Positions 51,991-61,761 of a DNA stretch of 64,000 bases are shown one piece after another. Source of the stretch: Sphingobacteriia bacterium (GTDB lineage: Bacteria; Bacteroidota; Bacteroidia; Bacteroidales; UBA7960). The notes beneath the pieces are model-generated. The model did not search any database, was not told the DNA's origin, and worked only from the letters and a program-made list of their open reading frames with translations. The translations under genes and the position numbers were made by a program. The DNA is taken from contig JAABRR010000001.1 of NCBI GenBank assembly GCA_011390785.1, positions 58,742-122,741 of the forward strand. Reading direction: 5' to 3'. The stretch's first letter is position 1; the number at the start of each line of letters is the position of its first letter.

Positions 51991-52234
51991 CTTAAATAAT
52001 ATACATTACTTTTTAATATCACAAACACTAAAATAAGGCAAATAAAAAGTCAAAAATCGAAAATATAAACAAACAAAGCATAAAATGGTTCTCATTCGCA
52101 ACAAATATGAACTCTGAAAGTCCTTACCTTTGATATACATAAAATTATCACCATAAAAATAAATATTATTTGTTCAACCTTTTAACACATCTGCTTGTTT
52201 AAGTGGTTAGGAATCAAAAAAAAACACAAAAACA

Positions 52235-53722
52235 ATGGGTGATCATGTATTAATTGCCGGATCCGGGCTTGGTGGCCTGACTGCAGCCCTTCGCCTTGCT
52301 AAAAGAGGTTACAAGGTTGAGATGGTTGAAAAATCAAACAAACCCGGTGGGCGTCTCAACCAAATCAAAAAAGACGGTTTTACTTTTGATATGGGCCCAA
52401 CATTCTTCAGCATGACTTACGAGTTTGATGAGTTTATCAAGGATACCGGCATTGACAAGCCCTTCCATTTCAGAGAGATGGATATTCTTTATGCGGTTGA
52501 CTTCAGAGGGTCTGACAGAAAATTCTTCATTTACAAAGATCTGGACAAACTAGCCCAACAGTTTGAAGATATTGAACCCAATTTCAAAGAAAAAATGGAC
52601 CGGTTTCTTAAATCATCCGGAAAATTTTTCAATGATGTAGAGTATAAAGTTTTAAAACGGAATTACAATAATATATGGGATTACCTGCTGGCTCTGGCAA
52701 CTGTTCCACCTAAATATCTTCCCCGGCTATGGCAGACCGTTTGGGACGAAATGGAGAAATACTTTGAATCGCGCGAAGCCAAAGAAATATTTTCCTTGGT
52801 AGCCTTCTTTCTGGGCGCTACACCCTTTGATACACCTGCCATTTACAGTATTTTATCTTATACCGAACTGGTGCACGATGGATATCATAATGTAGAAGGG
52901 GGAATGTACAAGATTGTAGAAGGATTAATGAAAGAAATCGAAAAAAAGAATATTACCGTTCATTACAATACGGAGATTGTTGATTACCAGGAGAAAAATG
53001 GCAAGATCGAAGCTTTGATTGATCAAAACGGAAAACGATGGAATGCCGACATTTATCTGATAAACAGTGATGCAGCATACTTTAGGGGAAAGGTTTTCAA
53101 AAGAGTCGAATTTAGTGAGGAGAAACTCGATAAAATGCAGTGGACCCTGGCCCCATTAACCCTATACTTAGGAATCGATAAAAAAATTGATGATGTTCCC
53201 CTGCACAACTATTTCCTGGGAAACAACTTTGAAGAATATTCAAAAAATGTTTTCAAGAACTCTATAACCTTCGAAAAACCCTACTACTATGTAAATGTGG
53301 TTTCGCGCAGCGACCCGGGTAGTGCACCCGAAGGAATGGACAGTATTTTTGTACTTTGCCCGGTACCCGATTTACGATTCAAGCCAGACTGGTCAGATCG
53401 TGATGAAATTGTGAACACTATTCTTACCGACCTTTCAGAAAGAATGCATATTGACCTTCATAAACATGTAGTTTCACAAACGGTGCTTACACCGAAAGAC
53501 TGGGCCAAAGCTTTTAATCTTTATAAAGGAAGTGGCCTGGGTTTGGGGCACAGCCTGAAACAAACCGCAGGACTGAGACCCAAAAATTTTGACGAAAAAT
53601 ATAAAAACGTCTATTATACAGGCGCTTCCACCATCCCCGGCACGGGTTTACCCATGGCGGTTATCAGCTCAAAACTGGTTGTAGAACGTATAACAAAAAA
53701 TCATGGACTTTTACACAACTAA
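52235..53722 (+). CDS. crtI: Phytoene desaturase-family protein
   Basis: GSGLGG FAD motif, GFTFDMGPT, GASTIPGTGLPM; overlaps the crtB start. Confidence 0.85.
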   Translation: MGDHVLIAGSGLGGLTAALRLAKRGYKVEMVEKSNKPGGRLNQIKKDGFTFDMGPTFFSMTYEFDEFIKDTGIDKPFHFREMDILYAVDFRGSDRKFFIYKDLDKLAQQFEDIEPNFKEKMDRFLKSSGKFFNDVEYKVLKRNYNNIWDYLLALATVPPKYLPRLWQTVWDEMEKYFESREAKEIFSLVAFFLGATPFDTPAIYSILSYTELVHDGYHNVEGGMYKIVEGLMKEIEKKNITVHYNTEIVDYQEKNGKIEALIDQNGKRWNADIYLINSDAAYFRGKVFKRVEFSEEKLDKMQWTLAPLTLYLGIDKKIDDVPLHNYFLGNNFEEYSKNVFKNSITFEKPYYYVNVVSRSDPGSAPEGMDSIFVLCPVPDLRFKPDWSDRDEIVNTILTDLSERMHIDLHKHVVSQTVLTPKDWAKAFNLYKGSGLGLGHSLKQTAGLRPKNFDEKYKNVYYTGASTIPGTGLPMAVISSKLVVERITKNHGLLHN

Positions 53723-54536
53723 TGCACTAAAAATCAGCAAAACCACCACGCTCAACTACTCTACATCTTTTAGTATGGGTGTTTGGATGCTTGATAAAAA
53801 ATACAGACCTGCCATTTACGCCATTTATGGTTTTGTAAGATTTGCAGATGAAATTGTAGATACCTTTCACAACCAGGATCAGCAGGCCCTGCTCAAAGAG
53901 TACGAAGCTCAAACCTACAAGGCCATTGATGAGGGATTTAGTACCGACCCTATTCTTCACAGCTTTCAATGGGCTGTAAATAAGTACAAAATAGAAAGAG
54001 AGCACATTGAAGCCTTTCTTTACTCCATGGCCCTTGATCTCTACAAAGACCGATACAACCGGGAAGAATACCATAGATACATTTACGGATCGGCTGAGGT
54101 GGTCGGGTTGATGTGTTTGCGGGTGTTTTATGAAGATGACGATGAAAGCTATGAAAAGCTGAAGCATCCGGCCCGAAAACTGGGCGAAGCATTCCAAAAG
54201 GTGAACTTTTTGCGCGATATGCTTTCCGACTACCACGAGCGTGGACGGGTATATTTTCCCGAAGTTGATTTTGACCACTTCGATTTACAGATGAAAAAAG
54301 ATATTGAAGAAGAAATAAAAAGAGATTTCGATGAAGCTTATTTGGGTATAAAAGATTTGCGTAAAGATATCCGCCTTGGGGTTTACCTGGCCTACAATTA
54401 CTATCTTAAATTGCTGGAGAAAATTGAAAAAGCCCAGCCGGATGATCTGCTGGAAAAACGTTTCAGGATTCCCAACTCCAGAAAACTCATGTTGCTGGCA
54501 AGATGTTATACAGAGAATTCATTGAATACTGTATAG
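53703..54536 (+). CDS. crtB: Phytoene synthase
   Basis: YSTSF, IYGFVRFADEIVD, YIYGSAEVVGLM, AFQKVNFLRD. Confidence 0.95.
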   Translation: MDFYTTNALKISKTTTLNYSTSFSMGVWMLDKKYRPAIYAIYGFVRFADEIVDTFHNQDQQALLKEYEAQTYKAIDEGFSTDPILHSFQWAVNKYKIEREHIEAFLYSMALDLYKDRYNREEYHRYIYGSAEVVGLMCLRVFYEDDDESYEKLKHPARKLGEAFQKVNFLRDMLSDYHERGRVYFPEVDFDHFDLQMKKDIEEEIKRDFDEAYLGIKDLRKDIRLGVYLAYNYYLKLLEKIEKAQPDDLLEKRFRIPNSRKLMLLARCYTENSLNTV

Positions 54537-54538
54537 AT

Positions 54539-54604
54539 AGTGCTTGCAAGAAAACGCCAATTGCTGCAGTATGTTTGCCTCCATAAGGGCAAAACAGTAA
54601 TTTA
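54539..54604 (+). repeat. Dispersed intergenic repeat, copy 1
   Basis: AGTGCTTGCAAGAAAACGCCAAT is identical to 58390-58412; CAAAACAGT(A/C)ATTTA is also shared. Confidence 0.8.
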
Positions 54605-54652
54605 GCCATTGAATCTATTTCTCATATTTAATACTATAGAATTACGCCAAGG

Positions 54653-56128
54653 ATGCAGAAAAACGAACAACCCAAAAATGTAGCTGTAATTGGTGCCGGA
54701 GCCGGCGGATTGGGAGCAGCCATAAGGTTGGCAGCCAAAGGACATAAGGTAACTGTCTTTGAACAGGCCGACATACCAGGGGGGAAAATCTCTGAGATAT
54801 ATGCTGATGGATTTCGGTTTGATACCGGCCCTTCCCTATTTACACTTCCCAATCTGGTTGATGAATTGTTTGAGCTGGCCGGTGAAAATCCGCGCGATCA
54901 TTTCAACTACAAGAAGCTACCCGCATCTTGTAAGTATTTTTGGGATGATAACACCGTTGTCAATGCATGGCAGGATACGGAGCGTTTTGCCCTGGAAATT
55001 GAAGACAATACCGGTGTTGAAGCCCGTCATATTCTTTCCTTTCTGGAAAAAAGTAAAAGACTGTATAATATTACTGCAGAAATCTTCATGTTCAACTCTC
55101 TGCATAAACTGAAAAACTATTTTTCCGCACGTTTCAGAAAATCAATGCTTTATATTAACGAACTTGATGCGTTTACTTCTATGCATCAGCGTAATAATAA
55201 GTGGTTTTCGCATCCCAAAGTAGTACAGCTTTTCGATCGGTATGCAACCTACAACGGTTCCAATCCCTACCAAACCCCTGCCACCTTAAATATTATTGCC
55301 CATCTGGAACATAATATCGGTGCATTTTTCCCTGAAAAGGGCATGTATAGTATCGCTTCATCATTGACTGCTCTTGCCGAACGACTGGGTGTTACTTTTC
55401 AATTTAATACATCTGTGCAGGAAGTGATTATTGAAAACAAAACGGCCAAAGCCATTAAGGTGAAAAATGAAATCATTCCTTTCGATCTGGTTATAAGCAA
55501 TGTAGATATCTGGAATCTCTACAAAAAGATGATGCCCAACGAAAAACTTCCCAAAACCATTGAAAAAAGCGAACGGTCATCTTCAGCCCTGATTTTTTAC
55601 TGGGGTATCGACAACCAATTTCCTCAGCTGGAAGTGCATAACATTTTTTTTGCCAACGATTACAAACAGGAATTTGATCATCTATTCACCAAAAAAACCA
55701 TCAGCCCCGATCCTACAGTTTATCTGTTTATCAGTTCTAAGACTGTGGATGGTGATGCCCCGGAAGGTAAGGAAAACTGGTACGTAATGATCAATGTGCC
55801 TGAGAATACAGGTCAAAACTGGGACGAACAAATTATCGAAGCTCGCAAAAGCATTGTTGCACGCATTAATAAGGTTTTGAAAACCGATATTGAAAAGCAT
55901 ATTGTAACCGAACACCGCGCAGATCCGCGGACCATTGAAGAAAACACAGGTTCTTTTGGAGGCTCCTTGTACGGAAGCAGTTCCAACAATCCGTTTGCTG
56001 CTTTTATGCGCCATCCCAATTTTAAAAGGAAATACAAAAATATGTATTTTACCGGCGGCAGCGTGCATCCGGGCGGCGGGATACCTCTTTGTCTTGCTTC
56101 ATCAAAAATTATCAGTTACGAAATATAA
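54653..56128 (+). CDS. crtD: 1-hydroxycarotenoid 3,4-desaturase
   Basis: GFRFDTGPSLFTLP, RYATYNGSNPY, RSSSALIFYWG, GGSVHPGGGIPLCL. Confidence 0.88.
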   Translation: MQKNEQPKNVAVIGAGAGGLGAAIRLAAKGHKVTVFEQADIPGGKISEIYADGFRFDTGPSLFTLPNLVDELFELAGENPRDHFNYKKLPASCKYFWDDNTVVNAWQDTERFALEIEDNTGVEARHILSFLEKSKRLYNITAEIFMFNSLHKLKNYFSARFRKSMLYINELDAFTSMHQRNNKWFSHPKVVQLFDRYATYNGSNPYQTPATLNIIAHLEHNIGAFFPEKGMYSIASSLTALAERLGVTFQFNTSVQEVIIENKTAKAIKVKNEIIPFDLVISNVDIWNLYKKMMPNEKLPKTIEKSERSSSALIFYWGIDNQFPQLEVHNIFFANDYKQEFDHLFTKKTISPDPTVYLFISSKTVDGDAPEGKENWYVMINVPENTGQNWDEQIIEARKSIVARINKVLKTDIEKHIVTEHRADPRTIEENTGSFGGSLYGSSSNNPFAAFMRHPNFKRKYKNMYFTGGSVHPGGGIPLCLASSKIISYEI

Positions 56129-56155
56129 CTCCCAAATTTGATCATCAAAAGCTTT

Positions 56156-56911
56156 ATGTATTTCCGATTATCAGTATCTATTGTAATCTTACTTGCTTCA
56201 ATAGCAGCAAAGGCACAATTGGTTAATGTAGAAAAAAGCCGTAAAGAAGCAAAACGCGGTCTGCAAGGCAGTTTAGATTTGAACTTTTCTCTGGCTAAAA
56301 ATACGAAACAGATCTTTGAAGGCGGTACTTCCGCTCATCTGCAATACACCCGCAACAGGCACATGCTATTGGCATTAAACAGCATAAGTCTTCTGCGTGC
56401 AGAAGGCAGCAACCTTATCAACGATGGGTTTCAGCATATCCGCTATAATTACCAATTGGGAAATGGTTTCGCTACTTTCGAAACATTTACCCAACACCAG
56501 TACAACTCAATCAGGCTGCTACAAAGAAGATTTTTACTGGGTATTGGTCCACGCCTCAGGCTTTATGAAAACGAAAATTTTGGATTGTATCTGGCTCCAC
56601 TTGTAATGTATGAGCAGGAAAAACTCAATGATGAAAACAAAACCCAAACAGACAAAATAAAAGGGGACCTGTATATTTCCACAACATATAGTTTCGATAA
56701 ACAAATCAGCTTCAGTCACACCACATATTATCAGCCAGATTTACATAAAATAAATGAATTCCGATTGGCCAGCGACACAGGACTTGAAGTAAAATTCAAT
56801 TCAAGATTTTCTTTCATAGTAACATACAGCCTGGCTTACGACACACATCCACCCGATGATATTCCCAACCTGTTTTACACATTAAAAAACGGGATTAAAT
56901 TCAATTTTTAG
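56156..56911 (+). CDS. DUF481-like outer-membrane beta-barrel protein
   Basis: Signal peptide (AKA|Q), QLVNVE, H.RYNY, terminal GIKFNF. Confidence 0.75.
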   Translation: MYFRLSVSIVILLASIAAKAQLVNVEKSRKEAKRGLQGSLDLNFSLAKNTKQIFEGGTSAHLQYTRNRHMLLALNSISLLRAEGSNLINDGFQHIRYNYQLGNGFATFETFTQHQYNSIRLLQRRFLLGIGPRLRLYENENFGLYLAPLVMYEQEKLNDENKTQTDKIKGDLYISTTYSFDKQISFSHTTYYQPDLHKINEFRLASDTGLEVKFNSRFSFIVTYSLAYDTHPPDDIPNLFYTLKNGIKFNF

Positions 56912-56953
56912 GGTAATTTTGTAGATATACTCCTGCCAGTAAACAAGCTAAAA

Positions 56954-57436
56954 ATGCCACATGTAAGTATTAAAAGAGTACTCAAATCAATTGCCAACAT
57001 TTATACGGTAACTTTCATTAGCTTTGCTACCTACATAGTTACCAGCGCTATCTTTGTGAGCAAATTAGGAACCCTTATTGAACCCGATCAACAAGATATC
57101 TATATCATTACCACCGTACTTATCTTTATATTAATCGGTCATGCACCCCTTAGTTACCTGTGGCCTGAAAAACTTATCAAAAATATTGACCCGGAACTTA
57201 CCCTTTCGGGGAAATTGGTAGCCTACCGAACGGCAATGTTTATTAGGTATATGGCCATGAATTCTGCTGGATTACTTATTTCCATTACATTTATGGCAAC
57301 AGGCAATACCAATCAGATGTATTTACAGGTTATTGTATTGCTTTTCTTCCTTATTTACAAGCCATCACCCTTTAAAATAGCAGCAGATTTAGAACTAAAC
57401 GAAGGTGATAAACAAAAAATCATTGCACTATGGTAA
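56954..57436 (+). CDS. Hypothetical membrane protein
   Basis: Four hydrophobic segments; own -7 element at 56914. Confidence 0.7.
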   Translation: MPHVSIKRVLKSIANIYTVTFISFATYIVTSAIFVSKLGTLIEPDQQDIYIITTVLIFILIGHAPLSYLWPEKLIKNIDPELTLSGKLVAYRTAMFIRYMAMNSAGLLISITFMATGNTNQMYLQVIVLLFFLIYKPSPFKIAADLELNEGDKQKIIALW

Positions 57437-57609
57437 AATGCAGCTTCAAACAATAACCAAAATTGATACGTTATTACATTGGATTGCCTTTAAAAAAGGA
57501 TAAGTAATTTTGCATTTTCTGCCTGTTTTCCCCATCAGTGTTTCCGTTAAATATGCAGTAATAGTTTTAGAAAAAAGCAACCAATGAATTAACCCATAAA
57601 AAACACCAA

Positions 57610-58035
57610 ATGAATATTAATCAGATTGAAGAAGAAATAGTATCAGAATTTTCCCTTTTCGATGATTGGATGGACAAATACAATTATCTTATCGACCTTG
57701 GAAAATCAGTAGAGAAAATTGATGAAAAGAACAAAAAAAAGGAATTCCTGATAAGCGGTTGCCAATCACAGGTATGGGTATATCCTGAATTTAAAGACGG
57801 GAAAATCTATTTTAAAGCCGATAGTGATGCACTTATTACCAAAGGAATTGTTGGATTGCTCATCAGAGTTTTATCTGGCCATCCTCCCAAAGATATTCTT
57901 GATGCTGATCTGGCTTTTATTGATGAGATCGGATTGAAAGAACATTTGTCGCAAACACGCAGCAATGGACTGGTAAACATGATAAAGCAAATGAAGTTGT
58001 ATGCACTTGCATTTAAAACACAACAGGAAAATTAA
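57610..58035 (+). CDS. sufE: Fe-S cluster sulfur acceptor SufE
   Basis: GCQSQVW, DSDALITKG, LSQTRSNGL. Confidence 0.95.
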   Translation: MNINQIEEEIVSEFSLFDDWMDKYNYLIDLGKSVEKIDEKNKKKEFLISGCQSQVWVYPEFKDGKIYFKADSDALITKGIVGLLIRVLSGHPPKDILDADLAFIDEIGLKEHLSQTRSNGLVNMIKQMKLYALAFKTQQEN

Positions 58036-58063
58036 TTCATTAACCCCTTAAGCATACCCGAAT

Positions 58064-58387
58064 ATGGACACTTCCAACGACTATATGGATATGGAAATGC
58101 GTATTATCGACGCATTAAAAACTGTTTACGACCCCGAAATTCCTGTCAACATTTACGACCTGGGGCTTATATATGAAATCAGGGTAAATGATGACAAGTC
58201 AGTATATCTGAAAATGACCCTTACAAACCCTAATTGCCCCGTTGCAGATATACTCCCCAACGATGTGAAGGAGGCTGTTAAATATGTAGAAGGAGTTGAA
58301 AAAGTTGATCTGGAAATGACTTTCGAACCTGAATGGAATAAAGATATGATGAATGAAGCGGCTATGCTGGAGCTGGGGCTTCTCTAA
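58064..58387 (+). CDS. sufT: DUF59/SufT Fe-S assembly protein
   Basis: VYDPEIPVNIYDLGLIY, MTLT.PNCP, FEPEW. Confidence 0.92.
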   Translation: MDTSNDYMDMEMRIIDALKTVYDPEIPVNIYDLGLIYEIRVNDDKSVYLKMTLTNPNCPVADILPNDVKEAVKYVEGVEKVDLEMTFEPEWNKDMMNEAAMLELGLL

Positions 58388-58389
58388 AG

Positions 58390-58447
58390 AGTGCTTGCAA
58401 GAAAACGCCAATGGCTAAGTTATACTCGCCTTCAAAACAGTCATTTA
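58390..58447 (+). repeat. Dispersed intergenic repeat, copy 2
   Basis: Matches 54539-54604; starts 2 nt after the sufT stop. Confidence 0.8.
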
Positions 58448-58467
58448 CGAAAAAATTAAATAATATT

Positions 58468-58501
58468 AAAAGCCGGATCCTACAAAGCGTTCGGGTTTTT
58501 T
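58468..58501 (+). terminator. Probable terminator
   Basis: AAAAGCCGGA...TTCGGGTTTTTT imperfect hairpin with T tract. Confidence 0.55.
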
Positions 58502-58523
58502 ATGGTTTTTTTTCACTGTTTAG

Positions 58524-58552
58524 TGTAATAAATAATAATGTAGATAGTCTAA
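58524..58552 (+). promoter_or_regulatory. ECF-type promoter candidate for the ABC exporter operon
   Basis: TGTAAT-N16-AGTCTAA; same -35 and spacing as 19379-19408. Confidence 0.55.
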
Positions 58553-58589
58553 CTCGGGGAATTAATCAATGAACTAAACTCATTAATTT

Positions 58590-59366
58590 ATGATAGAAGT
58601 AGTAAATCTGGTAAAAGAATTTCCTCTGGGTAAAAAACAGAGAGAAGAATTGGGTGTGAAAGATAAAAACCTGAAAGTGTTGCACGAAGTCAGTTTTAGC
58701 TGTCAGCCCGGGAGAGTGTTCAGTTTGCTGGGCCCCAATGGTGCAGGAAAAACCACCACACTCCGAATTATTGCCACCATACTGAAACCCACCTCCGGAA
58801 CCGTTAAGGTTGCCAATATAGACCTTATAGAGAACCCTTCTGAAGCCCGGGCCAAAATGGGATTTCTGACAGGTACTACGGGATTGTATGAGCGGCTTAC
58901 ACCCAATGAAATGATCAAATACTTTGGCCAGCTCAATGGCATAGATGCCAGGATTGTGGAAGAGAGAAAGAACCGCTTGTATGACCTGCTGGGCATGCAC
59001 GATTTTGCCCATAAACGAATCGGAAAACTATCTACCGGTATGCGGCAAAAGGTAAGCATTACCCGCACCATGATCCACGACCCTGAAGTGGTGGTTTTTG
59101 ATGAGCCAACATCAGGGCTGGATGTTATTACCGCTAAAAACATCATAGAACTTATCCGCGATTGTAAAGACCAGGGAAAAACTGTGATTTTTTCTTCACA
59201 TATTATGAGTGAAGTAGATCTGCTGTGCGACGATCTGGCCATTATCCATAACGGTCGCATCCTTTTTAACGATACCATGGAAAACTTCCGTAAACAAATG
59301 ACAACCGATAACCTTACCGAAGAATTTATCCATATCGTTTCAGAAAGCGAAGCAGCCATTGCATAA
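58590..59366 (+). CDS. natA: NatA-like ABC ATPase
   Basis: GPNGAGKTT, GLYERLT..E, LSTGMRQKV, DEPTSGLDV. Confidence 0.8.
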   Translation: MIEVVNLVKEFPLGKKQREELGVKDKNLKVLHEVSFSCQPGRVFSLLGPNGAGKTTTLRIIATILKPTSGTVKVANIDLIENPSEARAKMGFLTGTTGLYERLTPNEMIKYFGQLNGIDARIVEERKNRLYDLLGMHDFAHKRIGKLSTGMRQKVSITRTMIHDPEVVVFDEPTSGLDVITAKNIIELIRDCKDQGKTVIFSSHIMSEVDLLCDDLAIIHNGRILFNDTMENFRKQMTTDNLTEEFIHIVSESEAAIA

Positions 59367-59488
59367 AGCACAATCTCGTTTAAGACCAAGACACATCGCG
59401 GAACGCGAAACGCTAAATGCAAACCGCTAAATTTCGTCTAAAGCCCGGACAAGGCGCCAAATCCTAAACCCTAAAAAACCCTAAAACT

Positions 59489-60676
59489 ATGTTCAAAAAT
59501 ATATTTACCATCATCAGGAAAGAGATTCTCGATACCTTACGAGACAAACGCACCATCGTTACCATGGTATTAGTGCCTGTGCTTGTTTTCCCACTCATTT
59601 TTATTGCCAGTAGCAGCGTGCAAAAGTCTGTTATGGAAAAAGAACAAGCCAAAACCATCAAAATAGGTATCGTAAACGAAGACACAGATAAAGCCCTGGA
59701 AGATTTTTTGCGTCAGCAGGAAAACGTGGAAATCATTATTCTGGATAATGAAAACCAGCTGGAGGAACTGGTAAAAAACGATAGCATTATTTACGGCCTT
59801 CATATCCCAGCCGGCTTTGCCCAATCCATTGAATCGATGGAACAAATGGCATTAAACCTCTATTTCTCAGGCACCCGCATTACCGGCAAAGATAGGATAG
59901 ATCGGTTCATCGAAACCTGGGAAGATCAGGTTGTTGCACAACGACTACAAGATCAGCAACTTAGCCAGACTTTTATTAAGCCTTTTGTTACAAAATCTTT
60001 CAATGTAGCTTCCGACCAGGAAATGATCGGAAAACTTGCCGGCGGTTTTCTTCCCTATCTATTCATTATCTTTTGCTTTACAGGTGCCATGTATCCGGCT
60101 ATCGATCTTTTTACCGGGGAAAAAGAGCGCAGAACGCTCGAAACACTGCTCACAGCCCCCGTTTCCCGTATCGAGATTCTTATAGGAAAAATGACCGTAA
60201 TTGCCCTTACCGGACTCATATCGGCCATGCTGGCTTTACTCGGATTGTTTGTAGGGTTGCAAATATCTGCCGGTTTACCCGATTTCATTATGACTGTGGT
60301 AATGGGAATACTCTCATTGAGTTTTATCGTTTATTTGCTCATTATGTTGATTCCATTGAGTATTTTCTTTGCCGGAATGCTGATTCCGCTGGCCATTTAT
60401 GCCAAAAACTTTAAGGAAGCACAAAGTATTGTTACACCCCTTACTTTTATTGTGATCATCCCGGCTGCCCTCGGCTTGATACCAGGCATAGAATACAATG
60501 CCGCCACAGCACTGATACCGATTTTGAACATCACCCTGGCAACCAAAGAAATCATCGCCGGCACCGTTTTTATTCCGCATTATCTAATCACTGTTGTTTC
60601 TCTGATAGCGCTGGCAGCCGTATCTGTGTTGTTTTGTGCCAACTGGTTTGGAAAAGAGAGCAATGTATTAAGATAG
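59489..60676 (+). CDS. natB: NatB-like ABC-2 permease
   Basis: KEILDTLRDKRT, MYPAIDLFTGEKERRTLETLL, AKNFKEAQ. Confidence 0.8.
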   Translation: MFKNIFTIIRKEILDTLRDKRTIVTMVLVPVLVFPLIFIASSSVQKSVMEKEQAKTIKIGIVNEDTDKALEDFLRQQENVEIIILDNENQLEELVKNDSIIYGLHIPAGFAQSIESMEQMALNLYFSGTRITGKDRIDRFIETWEDQVVAQRLQDQQLSQTFIKPFVTKSFNVASDQEMIGKLAGGFLPYLFIIFCFTGAMYPAIDLFTGEKERRTLETLLTAPVSRIEILIGKMTVIALTGLISAMLALLGLFVGLQISAGLPDFIMTVVMGILSLSFIVYLLIMLIPLSIFFAGMLIPLAIYAKNFKEAQSIVTPLTFIVIIPAALGLIPGIEYNAATALIPILNITLATKEIIAGTVFIPHYLITVVSLIALAAVSVLFCANWFGKESNVLR

Positions 60677-60733
60677 AAAGAGTTTGAAAGTCTGGTGTCC
60701 GAAGCCGGAAGCTAAATGAAGAATTAAGAACGA

Positions 60734-60757
60734 AGTGTTTGCCTTTTGGCAAACACT
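60734..60757. repeat. Perfect 10-bp stem palindrome
   Basis: AGTGTTTGCC-TTTT-GGCAAACACT inside an intra-operon spacer. Confidence 0.7.
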
Positions 60758-60807
60758 AAAAATCAAACGTAGAAACCTTCAACATTTCAACCTTTCAACT
60801 CCACAAA

Positions 60808-61749
60808 ATGATTCTCAATGTCTCTCAATTAACCAAAAATTTCCGAAATGTGCGGGCAGTAAAAAATCTCTCCTTTGATGTGATGGAAGGAGAAATATTT
60901 GCTTTCCTTGGACCCAACGGTGCCGGGAAGACTACCACTTTACGAATCTTACTTGACATTATCAAACCCGATTCGGGAACAGTAGACTGGCACCTGAAAG
61001 GGAGCAAATCGGGACTTGCCGATCCCACGATGATGGGATATCTGCCAGAAGAACGCGGACTATATCCCGATTTGCCAGTTTTGCGCACCCTGATTTATCT
61101 GGCAAGCATCAGGGGCATGAATCCCAGGCAGGCACACACAGAGGCCATGCTGTGGCTCGAAAAGTTGGGACTAGACAAGCGGGCCAACGAAAAATTACAG
61201 GCTTTGTCTAAAGGTAATCAACAAAAAGTGCAATTTGTGGCGTCGGTTTTGCACAAACCCCGGTTTGCTATTCTTGATGAACCTTTTTCTGGCTTTGATC
61301 CGGTAAATCAGGAGTTGTTTATAGGGTTCATCAAAGAGTTGCAACAAACTGGCACAACAGTATTGCTTAGTGCTCATCAAATGCAGCTGGTTGAAAAGAT
61401 TGCTTCGCGTGTAATGCTTATAAACAAAGGTGAAGAATTATTTCTGGGCTCATTGGCCCAGCTGTATGAAAGATATTCTGACAGGAAAACCTTCGAGGTA
61501 TCTTTCACTTCAGACATACCCATAACTCAATTAACTGAGCTGAAAGGAGCTATTGCTGCCGACAAGCTGGCCAATGAAAAATACCACATCACTTTCCAAT
61601 CCGATATGCCAGTGTATGCGATCCTGTCATTACTGGCATCTCTCAAAACCATCAGTGAAGTAAAAAGCATGACCCCATCACTGCATGATATCTACGTATC
61701 GCTGGTAGGAAATAAGTCTTCCATTGAATCTGACAACGTTAACGCCTAA
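60808..61749 (+). CDS. ABC-2 ATPase (YhaQ-like)
   Basis: GYLPEERGLY, LSKGNQQKVQ, DEPFSGFDPVN. Confidence 0.92.
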   Translation: MILNVSQLTKNFRNVRAVKNLSFDVMEGEIFAFLGPNGAGKTTTLRILLDIIKPDSGTVDWHLKGSKSGLADPTMMGYLPEERGLYPDLPVLRTLIYLASIRGMNPRQAHTEAMLWLEKLGLDKRANEKLQALSKGNQQKVQFVASVLHKPRFAILDEPFSGFDPVNQELFIGFIKELQQTGTTVLLSAHQMQLVEKIASRVMLINKGEELFLGSLAQLYERYSDRKTFEVSFTSDIPITQLTELKGAIAADKLANEKYHITFQSDMPVYAILSLLASLKTISEVKSMTPSLHDIYVSLVGNKSSIESDNVNA

Positions 61750-61761
61750 TACCCAACCGTC

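Noticed and set aside
58703-59422. 239-aa minus-strand ORF
   Set aside because: Antisense shadow of the ABC ATPase. The same applies to 35532-36170, 53727-54278 and the other short overlapping ORFs in the track.
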